From Escherichia phage vB_EcoM_HZ_ZJUN4: a stretch of 64,000 nucleotides of DNA. The notes below the pieces were generated by a model. It did not search any database. It had not been told where the DNA came from and saw nothing but the letters and a program-made list of their open reading frames with translations. Positions 49,051-60,053 of the stretch are shown here, in pieces. The translations under genes were made by a program, and so were the position numbers. The DNA is taken from sequence record PP216085; one strand, written 5' to 3'. Numbering within the stretch: the stretch's first letter is position 1; every line of letters starts with the position of its first letter.

Positions 49051-50379
49051 ATGCAACTGAATAATCGCGATTTAAAAAGTATCATTGATAATGAAGCATT
49101 GGCTTATGCTATGTACACGGTTGAAAATCGTGCTATTCCAAATATGATTGATGGATTTAAGCCAGTTCAACGATTTGTTATTGCTCGAGCTCTTGATTTG
49201 GCACGGGGAAATAAAGATAAGTTTCACAAACTTGCTTCTATTGCAGGTGGTGTAGCAGACCTTGGATATCATCATGGTGAAAACTCTGCGCAAGACGCGG
49301 GGGCTTTGATGGCTAATACTTGGAATAATAACTTTCCTTTGTTAGATGGTCAAGGAAACTTTGGTTCTCGTACCGTCCAAAAAGCAGCAGCAAGTCGTTA
49401 TATTTTTGCTCGTGTAAGTAAAAATTTCTATAACGTATATAAAGATACTGAATATGCTCCGGTACATCAAGATAAAGAACACATTCCTCCTGCTTTCTAT
49501 CTGCCTATTATTCCTACTGTTCTTCTTAATGGTGTTTCCGGTATTGCAACTGGTTATGCAACTTACATTCTTCCTCATAGTGTTTCTTCTGTCAAGAAAG
49601 CTGTACTACAAGCTCTTCAAGGAAAGAAAGTAACTAAACCAAAGGTAGAATTCCCAGAATTTCGCGGTGAAGTCGTTGAAATTGAAGGTCAATATGAAAT
49701 TCGTGGAACGTACAAGTTTACTTCACGAACTCAAATGAATATCACTGAGATTCCGTATAAGTATGATCGCGAAACTTATGTGAGTAAAATCTTAGACCCG
49801 CTTGAAGATAAAGGCTTCATTACGTGGGATGATGCTTGTGGTGAGCATGGTTTTGGCTTTAAAATTAAATTCCGCAAAGAATACTCTTTGAGCGATAACG
49901 AAGAAGAACGCCATGCAAAAATTATGAAAGACTTCGGGTTGATTGAGCGTCGTTCCCAGAATATTACAGTCATCAACGAGAAAGGAAAACTACAAGTTTA
50001 CGATAACGTAGTTGATTTAATTAAAGACTTCGTTGAAGTTCGTAAAACTTATGTCCAAAAACGAATTGATAACAAAATCAAAGAAACTGAATCAGCATTT
50101 CGTTTAGCCTTTGCCAAGGCACATTTCATTAAGAAAGTGATTTCAGGTGAAATTGTTGTACAAGGTAAAACTCGCAAAGAACTGACTGAAGAACTTTCTA
50201 AAATTGATATGTATTCTTCTTATGTTGATAAACTAGTTGGAATGAACATTTTTCATATGACTTCCGACGAAGCAAAGAAACTTGCTGAAGAAGCTAAAGC
50301 TAAGAAAGAAGAAAACGAATATTGGAAAACTACTGATGTAGTTACAGAATACACCAAAGATTTAGAGGAAATCAAATGA
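49051..50379 (+). CDS. 52: DNA topoisomerase II medium subunit gp52 (GyrA-like)
   Basis: 442 aa; MQLNNRDLKSIIDNEALAYAMYTVENRAIP...; breakage-reunion domain with FKPVQRF. Confidence 0.9.
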   Translation: MQLNNRDLKSIIDNEALAYAMYTVENRAIPNMIDGFKPVQRFVIARALDLARGNKDKFHKLASIAGGVADLGYHHGENSAQDAGALMANTWNNNFPLLDGQGNFGSRTVQKAAASRYIFARVSKNFYNVYKDTEYAPVHQDKEHIPPAFYLPIIPTVLLNGVSGIATGYATYILPHSVSSVKKAVLQALQGKKVTKPKVEFPEFRGEVVEIEGQYEIRGTYKFTSRTQMNITEIPYKYDRETYVSKILDPLEDKGFITWDDACGEHGFGFKIKFRKEYSLSDNEEERHAKIMKDFGLIERRSQNITVINEKGKLQVYDNVVDLIKDFVEVRKTYVQKRIDNKIKETESAFRLAFAKAHFIKKVISGEIVVQGKTRKELTEELSKIDMYSSYVDKLVGMNIFHMTSDEAKKLAEEAKAKKEENEYWKTTDVVTEYTKDLEEIK

Positions 50380-50525
50380 GTCCATTCATAGGTATTACAA
50401 GCGCTGCATTAGTATCCGGTGGCATTTTACTGGCGGGTTTAGGTGTTGTTCCAGCTGTAGCAGGAGGTCTTCTTGCGTTCGGCATTCAACGTGTTATCAT
50501 GACAGTTATCACAGTCATGCAGTAA
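50376..50525 (+). CDS. hypothetical small membrane protein (49 aa)
   Basis: ATGA overlap with gene 52 stop; glycine-rich hydrophobic. Confidence 0.4.
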   Translation: MSPFIGITSAALVSGGILLAGLGVVPAVAGGLLAFGIQRVIMTVITVMQ

Positions 50526-50530
50526 TTTTA

Positions 50531-50558
50531 GGGAGAGCCTCGGCTCTCCCTTTTTTAT
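50531..50558 (+). terminator. intrinsic terminator gggagagcctcggctctccc + TTTTTTATTT
   Basis: 8-bp GC-rich stem plus T run. Confidence 0.7.
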
Positions 50559-50570
50559 TTCAAAATTTTT

Positions 50571-50652
50571 TTCACAAAACGGTTTACAACCAAAGCATAC
50601 TGTGGTACTATACAACTATCAACTACTGATACAGAATTACGGAGATTAGAAA
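50571..50652 (+). promoter_or_regulatory. early promoter/leader cassette copy C (PeSL-like) upstream of motA
   Basis: ttcacaaaacggtttaca...tgtggtactatacaactatcaactactgatacagaattacggagattagaaaatg. Confidence 0.65.
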
Positions 50653-51288
50653 ATGTCTAAAGTAACTTACATCATCAAAGCTTCTAACGATGTTCTGAAT
50701 GAAAAAACTGCTGCGATTTTAATTACCATTGCTAAGAAAGATTTCATTACAGCTGCAGAAGTTCGTGAGGTGCATCTAGATTTAGGTAACGCAGTAGTTA
50801 ATAGTAATATTGGGGTATTGATTAAAAAAGGCCTGGTGGAGAAATCTGGTGATGGATTAATCATTACAGGTGAAGCTCAGGATATTATTTCAAATGCAGC
50901 AACTTTATACGCACAGGAAAATGCTCCTGAACTGTTGAAAAAACGAGCAACACGTAAAGCTCGCGAGATTACTTCCGATATGGAAGAAGATAAAGACTTC
51001 ATGTTAAAACTTTTAGATGAAAATGGATTTGTTCTTAAAAAAGTTGAAACTTATCGTAGTAACTATCTCGCTATTTTAGAAAAACGCACTCACGGAATTC
51101 GCAATTTTGAAATTAACAACAATGGAAATATGCGAATTTTTGGATACAAAATGATGGAACATCATATTCAGAAATTTACTGATATTGGAATGTCATGTAA
51201 AATCGCTAAAAACGGTAATGTGTATCTTGACATTAAACGCTCGGCAGAAAACATTGAAGCTGTAATCACCGTAGCATCTGAACTGTGA
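50653..51288 (+). CDS. motA: middle-transcription activator MotA
   Basis: 211 aa MSKVTYIIKASNDVLNEKTAAILITIAKKDF... recognised as T4 MotA. Confidence 0.9.
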   Translation: MSKVTYIIKASNDVLNEKTAAILITIAKKDFITAAEVREVHLDLGNAVVNSNIGVLIKKGLVEKSGDGLIITGEAQDIISNAATLYAQENAPELLKKRATRKAREITSDMEEDKDFMLKLLDENGFVLKKVETYRSNYLAILEKRTHGIRNFEINNNGNMRIFGYKMMEHHIQKFTDIGMSCKIAKNGNVYLDIKRSAENIEAVITVASEL

Positions 51289-51298
51289 GGAATAAATA

Positions 51299-51628
51299 AT
51301 GAACAAGTTAGAAATTATCAATGAACTTCGTCGCTGTGCAGAACCCACTCAAGAGGGGTGGGACATCTGGTACCATGGAGCTTATCTTGGAACCATCGTA
51401 AAGATTAAGACTGGCAAATACATGATTATTCGTGAAAGTAAAGATGCTCCAGTAGGTATTCGCAATAATTTCATGGCAGCGATAAGTTCCTTTACGGATT
51501 CAGCTTACGAAATTTACCTTGCTGATTATAAAGAATTCCAGGAATCTCAATCAGTTATTCGCTCAATTGGTGTTAACAAAGCTCAACAGAAAACCTTGTG
51601 GCAACGTATTAAAGGATGGTTTAAATGA
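51299..51628 (+). CDS. hypothetical protein
   Basis: 109-aa ORF. Confidence 0.5.
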   Translation: MNKLEIINELRRCAEPTQEGWDIWYHGAYLGTIVKIKTGKYMIIRESKDAPVGIRNNFMAAISSFTDSAYEIYLADYKEFQESQSVIRSIGVNKAQQKTLWQRIKGWFK

Positions 51629-52086
51629 ACCCATTTATTAATCGTTTAAAAATGCTGAATGTTCCTTTATCTCGTGAAACTCCAGAAAGTCTTGTTGAAA
51701 AATTTAAAGCGCATGGTTATAAATGCACAGAAGAAGATATTCTTGCAGAAGTTCCTGAAATCTGTTGGCAGTCTGCATACTGGGATGAAAACCAAAAGTA
51801 TCAACGACGAATTGTTTGCGCAGCCAACCGTTTTAAATTAAAAGATGGACGAACTCTTGTTATTCCAGGTGCTCGTCATTATTCTAAAGACATGGCAGCA
51901 GTTTTAGATGTAGTTAAACCTCAATTAGTTACTCAGCAAGTTTGTGATGATGACCAAGGGTTTATTGACCAATATAGTAATTATTGGACACGTGAAGAAG
52001 CAATGATTATTGCAACTTACGCTGGACAAGTACGCATTGAACGTGGTGGTAGTGAAAAAGAACTTTACTCTGAGGACCTTTACTAA
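51625..52086 (+). CDS. hypothetical protein
   Basis: 153-aa ORF, ATGA overlap. Confidence 0.5.
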   Translation: MNPFINRLKMLNVPLSRETPESLVEKFKAHGYKCTEEDILAEVPEICWQSAYWDENQKYQRRIVCAANRFKLKDGRTLVIPGARHYSKDMAAVLDVVKPQLVTQQVCDDDQGFIDQYSNYWTREEAMIIATYAGQVRIERGGSEKELYSEDLY

Positions 52087-52382
52087 TGAATATTAAAAAG
52101 TTTCAAATTGACGGAATTATGAATCAAATCCAGGCATTGGAATATGCCAATAAAATGATGTCAACCAAATGGGGAATTTATGCCAATGAACCGGCATTTC
52201 AGTTCTGTAATATGGAATTCACTAAAAAGCTCGTAGGAAAAGATTATGTATGTCCATTTAGTTCTCCAGTAAATGGAATGTTAAAGCCTGCTTTACGCGA
52301 TCTTTATATCGCGATGAACGAAGAGATGATAAAAGAACTAAAACGTCAACTGAAGGTGATTCAATTTGGCCAGGGAAATTAA
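52086..52382 (+). CDS. hypothetical protein
   Basis: 98-aa ORF. Confidence 0.5.
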   Translation: MNIKKFQIDGIMNQIQALEYANKMMSTKWGIYANEPAFQFCNMEFTKKLVGKDYVCPFSSPVNGMLKPALRDLYIAMNEEMIKELKRQLKVIQFGQGN

Positions 52383-52584
52383 TTCAAAATCCGATTATTT
52401 TAATTCTCTTAATGATAAAGATAAAAATCTAATACGGCATTTTATCGTTGAGATGGGATATACTGATACACGTGATTTAAGAGAACATATATTTGAATGT
52501 GGTGTAGCTAAAAAGTTTTCATTCACATGCAAATGTTTAAGAGAGGTAATTCAGCACTATGAACAATTTAGTCGCAAAACATAA
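52366..52584 (+). CDS. hypothetical protein
   Basis: 72-aa ORF. Confidence 0.4.
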   Translation: MAREINSKSDYFNSLNDKDKNLIRHFIVEMGYTDTRDLREHIFECGVAKKFSFTCKCLREVIQHYEQFSRKT

Positions 52585-52667
52585 TTTTAATAAAGCTTCT
52601 GTCCATAAGGATAAGAAGAAAGCGTTTAAAGAATCTAATCGCAAACAGAAACATAAGGGGAAGGTCT

Positions 52668-52946
52668 ATGATTATTGATTCTCAATCTGTGGTTCAATAC
52701 ATAATCAAAATTGACATTCTAGAAAAGCTATATAAGTTTCTACCAAATTTATACCACTCAATTGTCGATGAATTAGTTGAAGAACTACATCTTGAGAATA
52801 ATGATTTCTTGGTTGGAACTTATAAAGATAACTCAAAGGCGGGATATTTTTACGTAATTCCAGCTCCAGGAAAAAGTATTGATGATGTATTAAAAACTAT
52901 AATGATTTATGTCCATGATTACGAAATTGAAGATTATTTCGAATGA
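52668..52946 (+). CDS. arn: probable Arn (anti-restriction nuclease, McrBC inhibitor) by position and size
   Basis: 92-aa acidic ORF immediately upstream of asiA. Confidence 0.45.
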   Translation: MIIDSQSVVQYIIKIDILEKLYKFLPNLYHSIVDELVEELHLENNDFLVGTYKDNSKAGYFYVIPAPGKSIDDVLKTIMIYVHDYEIEDYFE

Positions 52947-53107
52947 GTCATAATCTTGAAATGGTAATCGAGCATAATGTAGCTCAGGAACGTGAGTCGT
53001 TCAAAGAATTCGTAGAAAAAATTTTTGAAGAAAATAACACAGACCAGTTTACAAATCAAGCGTCTGATGATATTATAATAAAGTCAACTAATTGAGTGGT
53101 GTAGTTA

Positions 53108-53380
53108 ATGAATAAAAGCATTGATACAGTTCGTGAAATTATTACTGTTGCATCTATTTTGATTAAATTTTCCAGAGAAGATATTGTTGAGAATCGTGCT
53201 AATTTTATTGCATTTCTGAATGAGATTGGAGTAACGCATGAAGGTAGAAAGTTAAATCAGAATTCATTCCGTAAAATTGTTGCTGAATTAACTCAAGAAG
53301 ATAAGAAAACCCTCATCGACGAATTCAACGAGGGTTTTGAAGGTGTATATCGATATCTAGAGATGTATACAAACAAATAA
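53108..53380 (+). CDS. asiA: anti-sigma-70 factor AsiA
   Basis: 90 aa MNKSIDTVREIITVASILIKFSREDIVENRANFIAFLNEIG... recognised as AsiA. Confidence 0.9.
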   Translation: MNKSIDTVREIITVASILIKFSREDIVENRANFIAFLNEIGVTHEGRKLNQNSFRKIVAELTQEDKKTLIDEFNEGFEGVYRYLEMYTNK

Positions 53381-54037
53381 TTATTTAGCCCTTCCTAATA
53401 TTCTGGCCGCCTGAGAACATATTGATTCAAGGCGGTCATTACTTATATGATCATTTCTATACCAGTACATGGTTATTGTTCCAGCATAGATATTATCCAA
53501 ATTGAAATATGGACAACTGTACATGTAATTTATTTCAGGAGTAGGCTTTTTAGTTGGTAAAAAAGCAAATTTTGAGTCGGAATAATAATGACGTCCATTT
53601 AAATGAACTGTATATTCATCCATAGTTTTATCAACAGGATATCCTCCAAGTGATTTTTCACTTATTGTTGAAGGTAATTTTCCTTCATATGCTATAATAT
53701 CAACAAAATAGTTTAAGTTTTTAGGGCGGAAAGAATACACCGCACTAAAGTCTGCCTCAGATGATATGTGAACTATCTGGAGTTGTTCCAGGGCGACAGA
53801 TTCAAAGCGTGCATTTCTTTCCTTTTCAATAATTTCACTGTATGTTTCATACTTTGATTGCTTATAGTACTCAAAGAAACTATCTCCCCTATACCAAACA
53901 ATCGCCATTATAAACAAAAGAATTACGACAGCTACTCGGGAAGCAAGAACCTTCCCGGTAGCGTTATCTTTGAACAAGCGATCTAGAACACCCAACAGAA
54001 TATCAGAGGGCGAAAATGATATTCTAGGTGCTGCCAT
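53381..54037 (-). CDS. t: holin T
   Basis: 218 aa with single N-terminal TM helix and large periplasmic domain; recognised as T4 holin; convergent with asiA. Confidence 0.88.
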   Translation of the reverse strand: MAAPRISFSPSDILLGVLDRLFKDNATGKVLASRVAVVILLFIMAIVWYRGDSFFEYYKQSKYETYSEIIEKERNARFESVALEQLQIVHISSEADFSAVYSFRPKNLNYFVDIIAYEGKLPSTISEKSLGGYPVDKTMDEYTVHLNGRHYYSDSKFAFLPTKKPTPEINYMYSCPYFNLDNIYAGTITMYWYRNDHISNDRLESICSQAARILGRAK

Positions 54038-54067
54038 AGACCCTCCTTTTAAGGGTATTTATTCAAA

Positions 54068-54844
54068 TTATACTCTTGGACCATATATTGCTCCAACGTT
54101 TTGCCATGTCGGTGTAGACCCTATGACGGCATAACCGGCAGCTCCGCCATCGTATTCATATCCTTGACCACGAATATTACATCTACCTCCCGCTGAACCT
54201 ACTTCACCGCCGTTTCCACCATTATAGATACCATTCACGGATCCTGAGCCAGGTGCAGAAATAGTACCGCCAGTCGCGCCTGATTGCATATCAATAGATC
54301 CGCCTGGCGCACCAAAAGGACGACCGCCACCGCCGCCAAAGGTCAATCTCATTTGTGAAAAAGGAGAATAATATCCGCCGCCACCGCCGCCGCCGCCGCC
54401 TGCAATAGCTCCGCCATTATTAATTCTTAGTCTCCCACCAATATCGTTTTGAATACAATGACCTCCAGCTGAGCCAGGACTATTGCTACCGCCATTACCT
54501 CCACGACCATACATCGTTACGCCATGTATATTTAACTGAACATATTCATTTGGTGTATCTCCGTACATGAAGAATAAAGGAACATCTTTAGAATATGATA
54601 CTAAATCTCCAGTGATATTAAACACTATAGGTGCACTACCTGCCTCAAAACATCTATCTCGGAACCATTGGCCATTGAAGTTATGGTCTGCTCCAAGCGT
54701 GTGAATTATTTCAACAGACCGCCCGTTCATATTACTCATCCAAAACGGAATACCCATTCTCAATCGTTGGGCGGCGCCGCCCATCCAATTTTGTCCTGTA
54801 TTAACTACTGCAGACGATCCTACCCACGGTCCTGTTACTGCCAT
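54068..54844 (-). CDS. 38: tail-fibre adhesin gp38, T2-type (glycine-rich motifs)
   Basis: Poly-Gly blocks ([23 protein letters not shown]) separating variable segments; ATG at 54844 after GGAGG (track start 54856 is TTG). Confidence 0.75.
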   Translation of the reverse strand: MAVTGPWVGSSAVVNTGQNWMGGAAQRLRMGIPFWMSNMNGRSVEIIHTLGADHNFNGQWFRDRCFEAGSAPIVFNITGDLVSYSKDVPLFFMYGDTPNEYVQLNIHGVTMYGRGGNGGSNSPGSAGGHCIQNDIGGRLRINNGGAIAGGGGGGGGGYYSPFSQMRLTFGGGGGRPFGAPGGSIDMQSGATGGTISAPGSGSVNGIYNGGNGGEVGSAGGRCNIRGQGYEYDGGAAGYAVIGSTPTWQNVGAIYGPRV

Positions 54845-54856
54845 ATAAACCTCCAA

Positions 54857-54870
54857 GGGGCCGAAGCCCC
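54857..54870 (-). other. RNA hairpin GGGGCUUCGGCCCC between gene 37 stop and gene 38 SD
   Basis: Perfect 5-bp GC stem with UUCG loop on minus strand. Confidence 0.5.
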
Positions 54871-54875
54871 TCTTA

Positions 54876-57800
54876 TTATTTTAACAATGATTTAACTAAT
54901 GCTTTAAGTTCTTCAATTTCTGATTTAAGTTCCGCAATTTCTGCAGTATGCTCATTGATTGCAGCTGTATTTAAACCAATTACGCCGTTATAGTTCAAAC
55001 GAAGTAAAGCTTCACCATCAGGGTCACCTTCAACTAATTCTGGTAAAATAGCTTGAACTTCTTGAGCTATCAAACCGGCGTTAGGTTCCCATTTCTGATT
55101 GCCTTCTTCATCTAGGCCTCGCTTCTGCATATAAGTGTAACCGTTAATTTTAGAAAGCTTCTCAGAAGCATTTTCAAATTTAACAAGGTCTTTTTTAACA
55201 CGAATATCAGAGCGGACATAAACGTCACGAACAAATGTTGAATAGTTGTCATTCGCCTGAATCAAATGACCATGTGAAATAATAGCTTTGTCAACTTCAG
55301 TCCATAAAGCAGCACCAACAGACCACAATCCTGGGTGTTCTTGATGGAAAACCCCCCATGACGCAATATGTTGTCCGTTAGCAAACATGTTAATACGACC
55401 ATCACCGCCATGGACTAAACCAGTATCATTATCACCGATGGCGATAGATGCTCCGCCCCATACCGGAATTGTACCGACACCCAAGTTAACACCAGCGCGA
55501 AGACCAGCCGGAGCTTTAAAATCGCCATTAGCTTGAAACACAAATATTGCATTAGGATGACTGCTATCTCCACTTTCCGCAGAACCAACACGAATTACTG
55601 CATTTCCCCAAGTAGCATCTCCGCCCAATCTAATAATACCAAAATCTGCCTTTGTTGCATATCCTTCGTTAATGATTTGGCTTCTTCCTTTAATTATAGG
55701 CATATAACTATCTTTCGGAACAGATTCACCAAAGTCAACGAAGAATGGGGCTTCTGTTTGCCATTGATTACTATATCCGTGGCCTTGGGTAGCTGTCCAT
55801 TGTCTTCCGTTTAAATATAAACGATAAAAATTTAATGAAGCTGCAGTAGCTTGATTTTTAACATTAAAGTCAATATCGCCTACACTATTAAGAGTAATTC
55901 CTGCCGTAGTCTTAAAATTATAAAATGAAGCAGTGTCATCTGCCCCGCCTTTACCGATGTACCATGAATTCGCTCCACCTGATGTTCCAAGTAAATAACC
56001 AGAATCATTTTCATCGGCAGCAATGTTAATAGCGTCAGAGCCTCTTTTAACGATTAATTTGCCGGTCATCGTATCGCCTTCTTTAGCAACACGGGAGGCA
56101 ATAGCATCATGAAGGTTGGTTATATCACCAGCAGAGCTAAATAATTTCCAAATATCAGAGAAGATATTACCATTTCGAGCAATAGTAGCTTCGCCGCCAC
56201 CGACCTGTACGTTATCCGGGAAGTTAACTGTACCGTCCTGATTAAAACGAGACGTATGGCCTTGTGAACCATCTTCTTTCAGATGATGAATAACGAATGT
56301 ACCCGAATTAATTTCAGTACCTAAAGACCAAACAGCTTTGCCGTTTAAAAACTTCTGTTTAACAATAGGATAATATTTGCTTATAGCATCATCATCAATT
56401 TCCTGGAAAATAGGAGCTGCTTGAACATACTGAATGTCATAACCACCAGCGCCTGCGCCATGACCAGTAAATTTAATATAGCCGTTTGCTGCGAACGTAT
56501 TGTAACTTGATTGTAAATCTGGAATAGTAACTTTACCAGTATCTAAAGCCATACTAAACGGGCGAAGTGGACCGATATCACCATATTTACCTTCACCGTA
56601 AGCAGTTGGAATAATATGAAGACTTCCTTCTGAACGTCTAAAAATGGCTCCATAATCTGCGTTCCAAATACGAAGAGCATTCACTGCTCCAGATGAAATT
56701 TCGCCTGTTGTGTGAACTCCTCTATTTCCAGCAGTAACACCGGATGATTCAAATGAACCATTGACGTTCATTTCTACTTCGCCGGTAGTAAGTCTTTGAA
56801 TATAGCTCATCCAACTAGTTGCGTCAGAAATTTCCATGACATTTTTACGATTACCTACGCTAGGATTAGTAAACGTATTACCCCATACAGAAATTGTCAT
56901 ATTATCAACTGAACTGCTACCAGTTGTGTTACCTCTAAACATCAGCGTAGAAGCATTATTACGACCATCAATATTAACAGAACCACCAATAACGTCAATA
57001 TTACCTGGAGTGACTAACAAACCGCCGTGAGTATTAATGTTTGTGGTACCCTTACCGCGGAAATAATGATGATAATTACCACCTTGGTAATATCCTAAAA
57101 GAGTCTGACCGTCACCATACGCGTTATTATCATGGTAAGTAACAACAGTGGCTAATGCATAGTTTTCAGTTGGAGGAGTCGTTAAATCGGTTCCATTAGT
57201 AGAATATCCAGCTACAAATTTTCTTAGGCTAGTTGTTTCGCTAGGACTAAATAAAAATGTTTTCGTTCCATTATTAACGCTGAAATAATATCCGTCCTGA
57301 TGCCATTTTAGCCCGGTATCATTATCTCCAAGAGCAATTGAAGCAGTCCCTAGTTCAGAGTATCCTTTAGAGCCACCAGGAGTACCAACAGAAATAGAAT
57401 GGCCTGCTTTCAATCCACCGGACCAGGTAAACGACCAAAGATAGGCATCTAACCCGTCACCGGCGTACCAGGTTATCCCGTCGTTATCTTTAACTTCATG
57501 GAATATACCAGATCCTACGGCATTTCGCATAACACGGAGGTGGTTAATAGCCGTTTCGCTTTCTGCCAATGGAGTGTTATTTGCTAATGAAGATATATCA
57601 TAATCGCCCGTCTTCTTCCCATCTGTAATAACTTTATCGGTCAGAATTTGTGGAGACGAAATAGATTTCCACGCTGATACTTCAGGTGAAGTAAATAGTC
57701 CACTGCCTGAAAATGCATAGGTGCTTTCGCTTCCTGCAGCATAATCTTGAACCCTGATATTAAGTACTTGTGTAGTTAATCCATCATTAGCCGGGGCATA

Positions 57801-58202
57801 AATGATTCCGCGTTCGCGGCTATTGCCATCGAAAAAACGAACATGTGATGTACCTGAACTTTTTGTAATAAGTTCTCCGCCCTCAGTCATAATTTGCCCG
57901 GCGGCAATAATATCGCGAGTTACTCGAGCAATACCAGTTAAATTAAAATTACCTGTCTGAGTGAAGGTGCCATTTAAAGTATAATCACCAGTTTGATTAT
58001 AATTTCCTATATGAATAACATTCCCGTCAATACTACCGCCCTTAGCAAAACCCAGATCAATGATATTTCCTTGGTCATCTTTAGTAAAAAGTACGCGGTC
58101 TTTTAAGTTTATAGCCAATTCACCTTCGGCTAATACTGAAGCGGCAGGACGTGCTCCTGCAGTTTTGCTTCTTTTAAATTGTATTTGTTTTAAAGTAGCC
58201 AT
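54876..58202 (-). CDS. 37: long tail fibre distal subunit gp37
   Basis: 1108 aa, Gly/Thr/Ser/Asn-rich fibrous protein; [13 protein letters not shown] start; order 34-35-36-37-38. Confidence 0.88.
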   Translation of the reverse strand: MATLKQIQFKRSKTAGARPAASVLAEGELAINLKDRVLFTKDDQGNIIDLGFAKGGSIDGNVIHIGNYNQTGDYTLNGTFTQTGNFNLTGIARVTRDIIAAGQIMTEGGELITKSSGTSHVRFFDGNSRERGIIYAPANDGLTTQVLNIRVQDYAAGSESTYAFSGSGLFTSPEVSAWKSISSPQILTDKVITDGKKTGDYDISSLANNTPLAESETAINHLRVMRNAVGSGIFHEVKDNDGITWYAGDGLDAYLWSFTWSGGLKAGHSISVGTPGGSKGYSELGTASIALGDNDTGLKWHQDGYYFSVNNGTKTFLFSPSETTSLRKFVAGYSTNGTDLTTPPTENYALATVVTYHDNNAYGDGQTLLGYYQGGNYHHYFRGKGTTNINTHGGLLVTPGNIDVIGGSVNIDGRNNASTLMFRGNTTGSSSVDNMTISVWGNTFTNPSVGNRKNVMEISDATSWMSYIQRLTTGEVEMNVNGSFESSGVTAGNRGVHTTGEISSGAVNALRIWNADYGAIFRRSEGSLHIIPTAYGEGKYGDIGPLRPFSMALDTGKVTIPDLQSSYNTFAANGYIKFTGHGAGAGGYDIQYVQAAPIFQEIDDDAISKYYPIVKQKFLNGKAVWSLGTEINSGTFVIHHLKEDGSQGHTSRFNQDGTVNFPDNVQVGGGEATIARNGNIFSDIWKLFSSAGDITNLHDAIASRVAKEGDTMTGKLIVKRGSDAINIAADENDSGYLLGTSGGANSWYIGKGGADDTASFYNFKTTAGITLNSVGDIDFNVKNQATAASLNFYRLYLNGRQWTATQGHGYSNQWQTEAPFFVDFGESVPKDSYMPIIKGRSQIINEGYATKADFGIIRLGGDATWGNAVIRVGSAESGDSSHPNAIFVFQANGDFKAPAGLRAGVNLGVGTIPVWGGASIAIGDNDTGLVHGGDGRINMFANGQHIASWGVFHQEHPGLWSVGAALWTEVDKAIISHGHLIQANDNYSTFVRDVYVRSDIRVKKDLVKFENASEKLSKINGYTYMQKRGLDEEGNQKWEPNAGLIAQEVQAILPELVEGDPDGEALLRLNYNGVIGLNTAAINEHTAEIAELKSEIEELKALVKSLLK

Positions 58203-58210
58203 AAGTCCTC

Positions 58211-58867
58211 TTAATAATAGCCGAAATCTTGAACAGAATCCTTAATAACAATTTGATCAAATCGTGGAACATGTGAAGGTTGAGATGCAGGATTCTGTGA
58301 AAAAAGGTTTGGCGCAGTTAAATTTCCTGTCATAGTATCTCCAGAGCGTAATACCCTAGAGTTTGCGTTTGCTGTAACAATATTTATTGCTCCATCAACA
58401 TAATCTTTCCGTGTAAGGTCATAATTATTTACTGGTGATAATGAAGTTGCGCGTATTTGTGATGCTTCAATTACACCCTTTGAGCTAATATCTCCATTTC
58501 GCGTGTTAATTACTACAGTTCTACCTGCTGTTCCTTGTGATGATTTAAAACCAATACCATACCACGAAACAATATCCATATTTGTAGTATCAAATGTTGC
58601 TCCATCATCATTACCAGGATATATACCATTTCCAGAATTACTTGCTAATGGAATCGTTATTCCATTATTAAAAATTACTCTATTTAAATAAGTACCACCA
58701 TTAGCTTTAGAAACGAAATCGTTATCAGCAGCTTGTGGTTTATTGTATTCTGAATATATTTTAAATGATTTATAGAGTACATCGTCACCGGCTGGATTCA
58801 ATGGAAAATTTCCTTGATGCCAAATGACAGAGCCTCCAGTTGTTGAACCTACTTTTAAATCAGCCAT
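58211..58867 (-). CDS. 36: long tail fibre subunit gp36
   Basis: 218 aa, position between 35 and 37. Confidence 0.85.
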   Translation of the reverse strand: MADLKVGSTTGGSVIWHQGNFPLNPAGDDVLYKSFKIYSEYNKPQAADNDFVSKANGGTYLNRVIFNNGITIPLASNSGNGIYPGNDDGATFDTTNMDIVSWYGIGFKSSQGTAGRTVVINTRNGDISSKGVIEASQIRATSLSPVNNYDLTRKDYVDGAINIVTANANSRVLRSGDTMTGNLTAPNLFSQNPASQPSHVPRFDQIVIKDSVQDFGYY

Positions 58868-58890
58868 TGTATGCCCCTTTATTTTAATAG

Positions 58891-58898
58891 TATTTATA
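58891..58898 (-). promoter_or_regulatory. T4 late promoter TATAAATA (minus strand) upstream of gene 36
   Basis: Plus-strand tatttata 24 nt upstream of gene 36 start. Confidence 0.6.
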
Positions 58899-58929
58899 AA
58901 GAAAAAGGGAACACGAAGGCTCCCTCAAT

Positions 58930-60045
58930 TTAAACTTCTCTAAATTCTTGCCCAAATACTTTACCAGCTTTAGACGATGCTTGCGTAGGAAGTACCATTA
59001 TATCCGGAGGTGAAGCAGATTCACAGATATAATTAACACGAATGCCGTTGATACCAAATTCAGCAGGTTTCGAAATACTTCCATTTCTTGACACTTCCGA
59101 AAAGCTTAAATTCCTCATGCCACCTTGACCAGCTTGAGCAGTTCTTTGTGCATATATCGTAAATCCTACTGCATTTTCTGGAATAACTACATAATCTTCC
59201 TTTAATTCCCATGACTCAGCTTGTCCAGTAAACTCAGCATGTGTTGAAGAAATATATCCATTCGATTCATCATAAAAACGGATAGATATATTTGTAGTTC
59301 CAAGCGCAAGTAAATCTGCATCAGCATATAGCTGCGCTTTAAGATAAAGAACATCGCCAGGAATTAAATTATAGTCAGATAATTTACTTATTGCGGATGA
59401 AGTTGGTAAACGTGCAATTTCGTTATTAGTTCCACCAACCGCTGACATAAATTGCTCAACGCTTTCATATGTTCTTTTAGGAAATCCTGTAGCTCCAACG
59501 TCTTCTAAACTATCAAATACAACATCTAAAATAGTTTGATAGTCATCTGTGCTTTTTCTATTACTTAGTTTAACATGTTCTAATGCAATAGCTCTTTTAG
59601 AAGAAGTATAAAAGGCAGCATATGATACGTCGAATCTTGACAATATAGAATCAGATGGAAAAGCAGACGTTCCTGCTCCCCTTAACCAAGATACCACTTC
59701 AGGAGGAAAATTAACCTTTCCGCTAGTTAATATAGCAACAAGTCTATTATTCGTCAAAGAGTCCATGAAACTAACAAAAGCAGCTGATGTAGTATCATTT
59801 GAAGTCGAAAAAGCATATGACTTACTATCAACTAATGCTCCTGTAGAAGGGTCAAAAACTCTTAAATGAAGTCCTGCGCTAAATGTTTGACTTCCGATAG
59901 GATTATCCTGAAATTTAACATATGGTCCTGCTGTAGAAAGCGGGCAAGAACCCGCTATACTTATTTTATATCTTACTGAATTGCTTTCCGATAAAAATGG
60001 CGTTTGGACATATCCTTGTCCAAACTCTGCCATAAATTTTTCCAT
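58930..60045 (-). CDS. 35: long tail fibre hinge connector gp35
   Basis: 371 aa, position after gene 34. Confidence 0.85.
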   Translation of the reverse strand: MEKFMAEFGQGYVQTPFLSESNSVRYKISIAGSCPLSTAGPYVKFQDNPIGSQTFSAGLHLRVFDPSTGALVDSKSYAFSTSNDTTSAAFVSFMDSLTNNRLVAILTSGKVNFPPEVVSWLRGAGTSAFPSDSILSRFDVSYAAFYTSSKRAIALEHVKLSNRKSTDDYQTILDVVFDSLEDVGATGFPKRTYESVEQFMSAVGGTNNEIARLPTSSAISKLSDYNLIPGDVLYLKAQLYADADLLALGTTNISIRFYDESNGYISSTHAEFTGQAESWELKEDYVVIPENAVGFTIYAQRTAQAGQGGMRNLSFSEVSRNGSISKPAEFGINGIRVNYICESASPPDIMVLPTQASSKAGKVFGQEFREV

Positions 60046-60053
60046 AATACCTC

